Shown piece by piece: positions 11,801-22,760 of a DNA stretch of 64,000 nt. Under the pieces are notes generated by a model. The model ran no database searches, was not told the origin of the DNA, and worked only from the letters and a program-made list of their open reading frames with translations. Each line of letters begins with the position of its first letter. The stretch's first letter is position 1. The stretch comes from Antedon mediterranea. Its lineage: Eukaryota; Animalia; Echinodermata. The DNA lies in NCBI RefSeq assembly GCF_964355755.1, contig NC_092679.1:20319432-20383431 (forward strand). The letters are read 5' to 3'. The position numbers and the translations under genes were made by a program.

Positions 11801-13387
11801 GGTCCTATACAATGTCTTTGAGTTAGTTTATATGTTATATACAGTAGATGACATGAGTAAATATCTTTATTTATATATTTATATTATTTTTTTTAGGTTT
11901 AACTCATTGATTCGTGTTTGTGACTTTTGGATAAGCTTGAACAAAGTTCTAAACCATAATAATTAATTTTGTCTTATATCTGTTTTCTAGCCTAACAACT
12001 GGTATTGGATACCTGCACTGTTATTGGTTGCTTTTGCAATACTACATCACTTATCAGGGCATATGAAGGAAAATAATCGTAAGCAAATCCTTAAAATATC
12101 CCAGTTCTTTAATCTTAAATCTCTAAATTATAAGTTTGCGCAGTTGTGATTTGTTTTTGTGTGGTAGGCCTACTAGAGAGGAAGATGATTTGACTGAAGC
12201 TTTACAAATATTCGTAAAATATTGTTATTAATAGGGAGGTTTCGCAACCTTACGAATACGATAACGAAAACGGATACGTCATACATTTGTGAAACTTTTG
12301 AGCTGATCCCCATTTCATATTCGTAAAGCGTATTCGTGTTGTTTGACGAACATCACCAGTCATATTCGTAACTACAAAACGAGTATAGTTTTTTTTATCT
12401 ATTTTGCACATTTTGCATTTGAATCAGGAATGATTCATGATTCATGATTATAATATAATTATAGATTTATTGAAAGTAATTTACTAAAGTAATTTACTAA
12501 AAAGACAAGTCAATTTTGATAAATAGCAGTTTTTAAAGTCCTCACTGGCTTTGATGTTACGCTAGGCCTAGGCAGCCAAGCACCAAGCAACACGTACCTG
12601 CGCTTCGCTCAAATTTACCGCAGTCATATTTTGGACGCGCCTCAATATTTCGTTGCCATGCGAAACAGATTTTTTTATGGCTTACGAAAACGAATACGTG
12701 TGCTTGACGTATCCGTTTTCGTTATCGTATTCGTAAGATTGCGAAACCTCTCTATTATTCTTTTGTTTGTATTTAGATTGTATTCATAATGATTTCAACC
12801 ACAACAAATTTCCGTGTGCTAATTGGACACATCATGGTGCCAAAAAATGGATGTTAGGAAATGAAAGATATAATGTCGGCTACGATTTAGGAAAAAATTA
12901 CTCAGGAGGATCAGGTAAAATGATGTCATACATTGTAAATCAGAAAATTCATACAATTTTTGCTTACCAATAACGACAAATGAATTGATCCTTTAATTAA
13001 CTGATGATGTATGAAATGGTGTCATGTAAGTCCTACTTTATATTTGCAGGTAACTATTACATTTATGTTGCAAAAAGTGATGAAGAATCCATAAAAGAAG
13101 GCTGGCTTAACAGTCCAAAAATACCAGACGAATGGGACAATGTGTGTATTGCATTTGATTTTTACAATAGTAACAATGATTCACGAATTAAGTTATATCG
13201 TATTACTAATGACAAAGACAAGGAAGTCATCCAAATTCCTTATAACAAAGGGGAATGGAAGCGTCTTTCTATCGATAAGCCTGTTAATACCAATACTTAT
13301 CACTATCTGATTGGCGGATTAGCATCTGGTGACGGTCAACAACTAGTTGTTCTTGACAATATTTTGATTAGTAAGGGCAAATGCTAA
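8810..13387 (+). CDS. Unit 2: divergent DED-DED - TRADD-N-like domain - DED-DED - TM - MAM (~730 aa)
   Basis: Phase-consistent exons 8810-9338 (divergent DED pair), 9485-9835 (TEGSIVFHV...ALEKLWKLHQSGQL, TRADD-N-like), 10163-10323, 10710-11220 (DED pair), 11445-11460, 11609-11669, 11991-12078 (WYWIPALLLVAFAIL TM), 12777-12914 and 13050-13387 (MAM). Total 2193 nt, open throughout. Confidence 0.72.
12233..12753. mobile_element. MITE / non-autonomous DNA transposon in a unit 2 intron
   Basis: ~48-bp terminal inverted repeats (agggaggtttcgcaaccttacgaatacgataacgaaaacggatacgtc / gacgtatccgttttcgttatcgtattcgtaagattgcgaaacctctct). Flanked by AT on both sides. No ORF. Confidence 0.85.
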
Positions 13388-14089
13388 GTTTACTCTGGAT
13401 TTATGATACAGTGTGTGATAATGTGTAATATAATGTAATACTCAATGAATTCCAACAATGACTTAACAATACGAATACCAACTATAATGTTCTTTCACTC
13501 CACTCCTTTTTTTCATTTTGGTTTATTTCCTTTCTATTATATAGTATTACTATTTTGTTTTTACAATTTATGATTTTATATTTTATATTTAGTTTCAAGA
13601 AAATCTATATTTGTGTATTCTTTTAAACCATAATAATCATATTTAATAATTTGCATTATTTGTATAATACTAAACTTTTAGTCTGATTTGAGAAGAATGA
13701 TTTTGTTTTTATTTGTTTTCTCTAAGGTAAAGCTTTGTATAATAAATATATATTTCTCTGTTATTCTATTATTTATTTGTTAATTAGACGGAGTTTCATT
13801 TGATTAAATTTAAATAAATATTAAGGTGATAAGTGAGTACAACTTTCTAAAACATAAGCACATGTTTGCGCTATGAGCATGGTAATGTAGTCTATACTGC
13901 ATATTAGATCAGGGAGATAAAAATAGATTGTTATACCTCCATGATTAGATGTATAACTATAAGAGGGGAGGAAAAGAAATACGTCCAAATCTATATTTAG
14001 TATGGCTTCTACCTTACACTATTTCCTAAGACGCAATCATGGTTCACTTGGCTGATATGCATTTTCAATGATGAAAATACTGTCGTAAT

Positions 14090-14300
14090 TTCCTACGTTA
14101 CTCACAAGTAGGCTCTCTCTCTCTCGCACCAGCAGTTAGAATCAAAATCATTCATAGCAAATTGTATTTTTATACTTTGGGAATTTTCTTTTGTCAGTAA
14201 AACGTATTGAAATTAATTCATCATGCATATCAACAGTGGTATGTAAACATAATTTTGTTTAAAATGGTGGCCAAGGCTAAATACAATATATCAGCACGGT
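14090..14300 (+). promoter_or_regulatory. Promoter block / non-coding first exon of unit 3
   Basis: Homologous to 6655-6860 and 22590-22765. kB-like GGGAATTTTC at 14179-14188. Donor agcACG|gtaagt at 14298, where unit 5 has agcATG|gtaagt. Confidence 0.5.
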
Positions 14301-15092
14301 AAGTGTGTACAGCGTATTTTTTACAAATTATTCCAGCAGCAAAATAATACCATCTGTACAACTAATATTGAATCTGATATTTCATTATCCTCTTTATCGA
14401 GTGATGTTACTATAGGCATGTTTATTTCAGTGTAAAATTATATTGCGTATTCGTATTCATATAGGCCTACATAGGATTGAAATGGTGTGTTTCAATGTGA
14501 TTCTGAACAGTAAGATATTTTAGCCACATAAAAAACCTATATTATTTTAAAATTCAGGAACAGTAACCGTTGACAACTCGTGTTCCTAGACATAACTCGA
14601 TAATCTCCACACGTACAGAGGGTCTACAAACTGTAGAACATTATAATGTTAATACAGGATTCATGTCTGTAATTTCAATAATGATTACGAGCATAGCAAC
14701 TTCTTATGCAGAATAATGCATGCCATACGCACATCGTTTTTTTCTTATTGATGAATTATTTATTTACAGGATAATTATTAAATTTAAGCAGTTTTTAACC
14801 GTTCTCTGGAAAGCTCAAGTTTACCGCAATTATTAAATATCCCTTGTACCATCCTAGAGGGTGTGAGCGCACCTTCAAGTACTTTTGAATTTGTTGTCGA
14901 TTTGCAGTTACGTAAAATAATTATGTTTGATATGGTCGTCTTAGTTATCGATCTAGATATCTAGGATACCACTACGGCTCCATTTTATTTTATTCTTTTG
15001 TATTTCCAGTTTGTATTGAAAACAATCCATGCATTTAATTCGTGGTATTGATTACGCGTTTGTATACAATATAGTCAAATCAGGGGCACTAA

Positions 15093-18040
15093 ATGGATAA
15101 CTTGAAAATATTTAAACAAGAAGATATCGAGATCAAGCAGCAGTTGGGAGGTGATTATAAGTTCAATGTGTTTTTAGGAATTGTGAAAAAAACTGGCAAT
15201 TTAGTAGCAGTGAAAAATATCAAAGTTGACAAACGGGAGTTGGATATATTGAAAGAGCTACGGCACGCAAATGTTATCCGACTGTTAGGAACTATTGACC
15301 GTGACACGTCAACAGGGTTAGTGCTTGAATACGCACCCAAAGGAAGCCTATATGATTTCTTAAATATTAGGCCTATAAATCACTATGACTATTTAGATTG
15401 GTGTAAACAGGCCGTACGCTCGGTCGTGTATATCCACGATCGAGCCGTATCGCATAGAGATATAAAATCTAAGAATTTTTTAGTTTTTGGAGATAATATC
15501 AAGCTAATTGATTTCGGATTGTCAAATGATGTCACTTCAACTACCTCGAATAGTGGATGCGGTACATTTATCTGGATGTCTCCTGAAGTAATGAATGGAT
15601 CACAAGGGGTTGATCATTTCAAATCAGATGTATACTCTTTAGGAATAGTCTTATGGGAATTGTATCACCAGAGAAGGCCCTATGAGGATCTGAATGTGCC
15701 AAATATCATTCAACACGTGGTTAATTATGGTCATCCAGAAATTGATGCTGAATGTGACGTACGGTTACGTGATGTAATGCTAAAATGCTGGAATTACCAA
15801 CCAGATCAACGACCACACGCGGAGCAGATTCTGACGTCACTCGATAACGGAACTGAAACATTTGTCAGAAGTCGTTCCAAGAAAAAAAAGAAACAAATAT
15901 CAGGCATACATAAAGTAAGCATGTCATGACTTTTTCTTTTCGACAAAAACGTACTGTAACAACTGAGCATGCAGATTTTAATATATTTGATAGCGTTCTG
16001 ATTTTGATATTGACCTGTTCTTTTAATGGTATTATATGCCTATCTTTTTTATCGATAAATTTTACATTATTTTCAGGACAATCATATCGAATTTAGAAAG
16101 ATCAACCAACCAGATCAACGGCCACATCCGGAGCAGATTCTGACGTCACTCGATAACGAAACAGAAACATTTGTCAGAAGTGGTTCCAGGGAAAAACAGA
16201 AACAAATATTAGGCATACATAAAGTAAGAATATAACAACTGAGCATGCACATTGTAATATATTTGATATTCTATTTTTAAATTGACCTGTTCTTTTAATG
16301 GTATTATATGCCTATCTTTTTTATCGATACATTTTACATTATTTTCAGGATACTCATATCGAATTTAGAAAGCTTCTATCAGATCTCAGCAAAGACTATG
16401 TCGGTTTAAAGTACCGTTGGTTAAGAATGCTTCTACATGGTATTATACCTATTGGATGTTTAGAAGTTAGCACTATAGGACTTCAATTATTCAATGAACT
16501 TGTTGAACTTGGAAAAATTTCAAAAACTGATGTAAGCCTTTTGTCAGAGGTTGCTGAAACCACTGAACAGACATCGGCAAAAGATCGTATAGTCGATTAT
16601 AAAAGGACTATACAATGCAGTGAAACATTAGGAACCAGTTTAACATCATATCGAAAGGCACTTTTCGAAGCCCTCAGGAATGTTGGGCTTGATGATTTAC
16701 TTAAGGTTATTGGTTTTTATAAACTTAAAGACTATGGCTTTAACAATATATGGGATGTTGTTTTTTACCTTGAGAAAGAGAAACTCTTAGACGATACACA
16801 GGACAAGCTAAAACTATTTGCAGATCTCCTGAACGAAATGGCACGAAGTATTTTACTAGGTAAATTAGACTAGAGAAGATTAAGAGGATCTCGGACAGTA
16901 TACTGTTAATCTTTTCTAAATTGGGAGTATCATTATCATTGGTCTAGAAAGTTAGTTATAAGTGCATTGATTTCTCAATGGATAGCATACCCTTACCATA
17001 GATTATTATGAACAACTATTGCCTGAGCATATTTAAACTTGGGGAAAGGTTTCATTAGAGTTTTAATCTTAAAATGTATTTATGAAATTGTAGAACACGT
17101 TAAATGTTTCCATTTATTCCTTTCAGCAGCCGCTCCCAAGACTCTGGAAAGAAGGTGAGAATAATGACTTCACCAAAAGTAATCTTAATGAATTACCTCT
17201 GAAAAATAAATATAATTGTCCAGCAATGACGTAATGGTCAAATTGTTTGTATATTATATGTAGTTAATGTATTTATGCTTACACCATGATGCTGGAATTG
17301 GATTAAATTAATTAAATTGACAATTCTCATCCCTTTGTCCGAAAAGTAGTCCCATTAAAAAATATTTGAAACGCTTTTAGCATCAGTCCATATTTATTTA
17401 ATGCGATAATACTGTCCAAATATAGAGAGAAAACCAATTCTTCACCACACGTCAATGCTCCTTTGGATTGGCAAAAAGAAGGACTCAGACGAATAAAGGA
17501 AAATGATCTTAAGAGAAATTATTCTGGGACGGTAGGCTGTCTATCTATTAAGTATAACTGAATTTTTGAAATAGAAAGGAGTAGTTATTGGACCTTGTTC
17601 TGAACCCCTGACATTATATTCCAATTTGACACTAATAAATAAACATTTCTGTCGTCTCACATGACACTGGTTTTGTGAAGACGCGTTGGCCTCCAAAACG
17701 ATAGTTTAATAATGTCCGTGTTTTCATTGTAGCTTAATTATGTATTTTTAATTGGCCTGGTATTTTATTGTAGGTCTGTTCATAACGATCTTTGTTCCAA
17801 CGTTAGAAAAAGAAGATAAATAACTTGTTATTTATTTTAACATTACAGGTGAGAGTATATGATCGAGAATTCAAGTTTGATGGTGGCCATGAATGGTGGA
17901 AGTTTTTTTCAACAGCTACCGATATTGCAACTGGGATTAAAGCGAAAGCTGGGGGTTACAAATCAATGGGCGGGGCAAATGAACATGCTATCGAAAACCT
18001 CATTTATAAACTAATGGCGCAGGGTATCATAAGAAATTAG
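15093..18040 (+). CDS. Unit 3: TKL-group Ser/Thr kinase - DED-DED - ALF-like domain, no TM (552 aa; 601 aa with optional exon)
   Basis: Exons 15093-15914 (VAVK, ELDIL, HRDIKSKN, DFG, GTFIWMSPE, KSDVYSLG..LWEL, CW...RP; MLK/ZAK-like TKL), optional 16077-16223, 16349-16859 (DED pair), 17127-17154, 17426-17531 and 17849-18040. Phases 0/0/1/2/0 all match. 1659 nt without the optional exon. Confidence 0.8.
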
Positions 18041-19184
18041 AACTTAATCAAACATCAATTGATGTAAATAATATAGTCTTATTCTATATATTCTATAAAT
18101 GTAAGTATTTGATTGATTGATCACTTTATTTCAGAATACGTATTCCATAGGCCTATATACAAAACGGAAACTATTGCAATTTCGATTCCTAACAGTTGTT
18201 GTATACCATTTTCACATATTAACTGGAATATAACAGTTTTGAAACATTGTACATTGATTAATTTGTTTTTTACAATTAAATGTTTAATCTTTCTACATAA
18301 CAAAAAAAAAACATAATAAAGTATAACAGGGGAGTCGCGGAAAAGCAAAAGTAATATCTTGTGATGTGCTTGATCAGCCCCTGTCAACAGGACGATACAA
18401 TAAAACCGAAAAATATAGAAAAATACATTGAAAAATATGCTATAATAAAATGTTAATAAAAGTCTTCTAAAAATACATTTGCTATCTGAACATTCTGATT
18501 TTATAAAAGTTAAAAGTTATCTATTCTTTCCATAAACCTAGGATGTTGATAAATCGCGTAGATCAGTGAGTCCATTTTATCCATGATAGTCAATAACATC
18601 AAACACACGTTCACCTTAAATCTTAGTCTCAACTGACTTCAAATGGGTGCTTGATCTCACCTTATATTGTATACAAACGTCTACAATACGTATGTCCCCC
18701 AACCCCATTCATACGCAACACCACCCATTGATCCTGTTATTTAAAGAGTTTGTAATGTACATATGACGTACGGTCCATAAGTATTTAAATTTTATTTAGT
18801 ATTATTTATTTGGCTTTTAACCTTTGGAACGGTGTCAAATAAACAAAGCAACATAAAATACAACTACATACAATAAAATAAATACAAAGGGAAAACCAAT
18901 CAATCATGTATAATATTTATTTGTTTACCCTGGATTTTTCCCATGATTTTTCCCTGGATTTTTCCCATGATTGCTTCCAACCTCTTGACTTGTGTACGTG
19001 GTTTACTGCACTGTATATTTCCCGTAGTGATAACAATTATAATATCCAAAATGATAGTTTATAATATCAGTTCAAATGGTTTACCACCGCACATGAGTGA
19101 ATGAATGACCCGATGATTTGTAGTCTACTGGAACCATACCAAACCATTCTTCTGGTTGAATAATTAATAAGTTGTATTGTTATA

Positions 19185-19306
19185 CTCCGGAATTCCCCTT
19201 TATATGAATTGTGTACATAGCACACTCAGTGGATTATAGGTAATATCATTGTTGTGTTGTATGACTTCCTCGTAATCATATCGACACGTACACCTTGTAA
19301 AACATG
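19185..19306 (+). promoter_or_regulatory. Promoter/first exon of unit 4 with consensus kB site
   Basis: GGAATTCCCC at 19189-19198 (reverse complement GGGGAATTCC). The block is nearly identical to 7290-7413 and ends in ATG|gtaagt (19304-19306). Confidence 0.55.
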
Positions 19307-22191
19307 GTAAGTACAACGTATTTTGAACAAATTGTAAACACTTTTAGGATTAAGAGAGTGAAAATACCATTTTAAAACAAACTTTATGTAGACCTAATCT
19401 AGATATATGAGATGCCATTTTTATTCTGCTTAGAATAAGCTGTAGGCTTCGAATTAAAGAACCTAGTACATCTTTCGAGACGAGTAGGGGGTTACCCCGG
19501 TGTATTAGTACATCACAGCCACTGATCACCAATTGGGCCCTCTGGGAGACCAGTCTTTGACTGAAGAGGTTACCCAGTATAAATATAAATTTCAATTCAA
19601 TTCAATTCAATAGGCTGTAGGCTTCAAATAGGCTGTAGGCTTCGAGTAGGCTGTTGTCTATCTAGTTATGGACAACAGAAAATTATCAATCATATTTCTT
19701 CTGTGCGCCTACTGTACGGATAGGATGATGTTTAGCTAAAATACAAGTTTGAATGGATATTCAAATTCTGTATCTGCTACACACTTCAACAGTGTATTAC
19801 TATTTATGTTGTAACTATTACGACATTGATATTATTCTATACCTCCTTCAATACGCCAAGTCATGTAGCCGTTTGTTGTTTTGTGAATTGTGTTTTAAAA
19901 TCATTACCGCAACACTTAACAACAATAGGCCTGGTACGTTCGAAATCAAAGTTAATCACATTACTTTGTTCGCCTACTGGAAAACAAGCTTAACACAGAC
20001 ATTTGTCAATATTGCTCGTCGTAAGCTAAGCCATTTTTTAAATGTAAATGTAAATGTAGCCATCTTTTTTCTCATTGATATTTCATTTATTATTTTACAG
20101 GATACAGACCAGATCAAATTTAAGCAGTTTCTAACAGATCTCAGCAAAGACTATGTTGGTTTAAAGTACCGTTGGTTAAGAATGCTTCTACATGGTGTTA
20201 TTCCCATTCAATGTTTGGAAGTTAGCACTACAGGACTTGAACTGTTTAACGAACTGGCTGAACTTGGACAAATTTCAAATACCGATGTTACCCTTTTGTC
20301 TGAGCTTGCTAAAACAACTTCTCAGAAATCGGCAAAACAGCGTATAGCCAAATATAAGAAGAAAATACAATGCAGTGAGACATTAGGAACCAGTTTAACA
20401 CCATATAGGAAAGCACTTTTTGAAGCTCTCAGAAATGCTGGGCCTAACGATTTACTTAAGGTTATTGGTTTCTACTCGCTGAAAGACTATAACTTTGACA
20501 ATATATGGGATGTTGTTTTCCACCTTGAACAACAAGAACTTTTGGATGATACCCAGGAAAAGTTCAAACTGTTCGCAGATCTTCTAAACAAAAAAACAAG
20601 AAGTGTTTTTCTAGGTAAGTCAGACTCACTCTTACTGGAATTATACATTTCTGGTTTTTATTTCATCTCTAAACTTTTTTTTCGATTCTAAATTGAGTGA
20701 GGTGTTAAAGATGTTAACTGTCTCATTAATTATTTTTCCACAGCTGCTCTTAAGACTCTGAAAAGGTAAGAAAATGAAATTTACCAACAATTTATAATTT
20801 TGTTAGTCAGACTAACAAAAAAAAAGTGTAAATGTTTGTGAACTAGATGAAAGGGGTTTGATTTTCAAGATATATAGGCCAATAATTGATACTTGGATTT
20901 AATAAATGCAACATATTTGTTTGCCAATCTCGTTGTCTGAAACCGACACCGAGTCTTCAATTATCTTAAACTATAATAACGGTATAATAAACTTTATAAA
21001 ATTAGAGATGCAACCACAACTTCACCTCAACTACTGGATACACAATCCGAACCAAACCTTCAGCGTTTTCTCAAACTGGACAAAAGACCAAATGTGGCGA
21101 GGTACTTAGCAGGAATACATACAGTAAGGAGAGTATGAACTTTTTAAAATGTATAATAGGCTTAGTGAAGTCAACATTCATTTTTCGTACAATGTTTATA
21201 TTGTTTTATTTTGTACTGAGGTCATTATAAGTCGTGATTGTAAATGACACAATCAGAGTTTCCTCGTCTCAATTACGTTACGCATATTCTAAATTATTAT
21301 TCTTGTATGATATTCATCTGTTTTCTAGACTGTTCGTATATATTGGCCATGGATAGCACTGAGTATATTAATCATGTTCGTCGCCATTCAACTTCCAAAA
21401 TTCAACTTACCATTAACCCCCAAAGCGCCCTCAAGAGATTGGCAAGCGGAAGGGCTCAGACGAATGAGGGAAAATGATCTTAAGAATAATAAACGAGGAA
21501 CGGTAAGACCTTTTTAACTAATTTACAAATATACTATATGAAGTATAATATCTGAATGTTAGGAATTATTATTATTTAAATTCCTTCATTCTGATTAAAT
21601 AATAAGAAGAGATGCGCCTGGTAACTGAGATAGCTGCCCAATTATCTTCGTCATTGCAGTTACAAAACTGAATTGCAAGTATAAAATTCACAATAAAGTG
21701 GGTAAAAAGAGAAAAAAAAAACCAGTAACAATCTATATTTAGAAATTATTTAAACCTCCCAATGATATTAGAATTAATTAAGTAATTTATAAACGGTTAA
21801 TGTGTACCATGGAACACCAGGAATAATAAATAATAAATAACATTTTTTATTGATTATTTAAAATATTATCTGGATACACCCGCATGCGACAAGGCGGCAT
21901 ATAACAATGATTAATGCTGCTAATCTTATATTATTCTTTCTTTATTTTTATTCTGTTTTTTTTTTTGTGAATACATATTTGTTTATTTTAATATCACAGG
22001 TGAAAGTATACGATCGGGAATTCAAGTTTGAAGGTGGCCATGAGTTTTGGAAGTATTACTCGACCGCTACTGATGTTGTAACTGGGACCAAAGCGGAAGC
22101 TAAGGGGTATCAGTCAATGGGTGGGGCCAATGAGCATTCTATTGAAAACCTCATTTATAAGCTCATGGCAAAAAAATCGATTAAAAATTAA
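19304..22191 (+). CDS. Unit 4: DED-DED - linker - TM - ALF-like domain, type II membrane protein (340 aa)
   Basis: Exons 19304-19306 (ATG), 20101-20614, 20744-20765, 21006-21123, 21329-21502 (YWPWIALSILIMFVAI TM then RDWQAEGLRRMRENDLK) and 22000-22191. 1023 nt in frame. AATAAA at 22378. Confidence 0.8.
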
Positions 22192-22470
22192 AACTAAATT
22201 TGATATGAATCATAATTAGAATATATAGGTTGATTTAGTTTTTCTGAAGAACCCTTTTTATCGTTTATGTAATCTTTCATGTACATTGATATTTTAAAAA
22301 TTATTATGTAATAGTACTACCGTATATCATAATGGCATAATTCATTGTTAGGCATTTTGTGTATTTTAATACTTTATAATAAATAATATCTATAAGTAAA
22401 GTAGTCCTAGTTCGAATTGCATTGCAGATGTTTGAGAAAGAGGGAGGGTGGGGGATACGTTTTATTTAAA

Positions 22471-22590
22471 AATACCAGACGAATGGAATGAAGCGTGTCT
22501 TAAATTTAAATACTTACTGACGGAGATACAAATCAACGAATTATGGTAGATCATGTTAAAAAGGGCGAACCTGAAAACGTGTCCAGCATG
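22471..22590 (+). pseudogene. Relic MAM-domain exon fragment
   Basis: ataccagacgaatggaatgaagcgtgtcttaaattt (IPDEWNEACLKF) matches the MAM exons at 5250-5370 (IPSRWDEACLRF) and 13121-13160 (IPDEWDNVC). Frameshifted, with no acceptor. Confidence 0.75.
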
Positions 22591-22760
22591 CTAAACCATT
22601 CATAGCAAATTCTATTTTTATTCTTTGGAATTTCCTTTTATGAATAAAATCAATTGAAATTAATTCATGCATGACCATTTCAATTGTACGCAGAATGAAT
22701 TGTGTTTAAAATGGTGGATTAAATACAATATACAGTATCAGGTTAGGAACACTTTGAAGC

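Noticed and set aside
19753-20100. N-terminal 116 aa of the 312-aa ORF
   Set aside because: Upstream of the conserved acceptor at 20100 and not conserved as protein in paralogues, so this is intron read-through.
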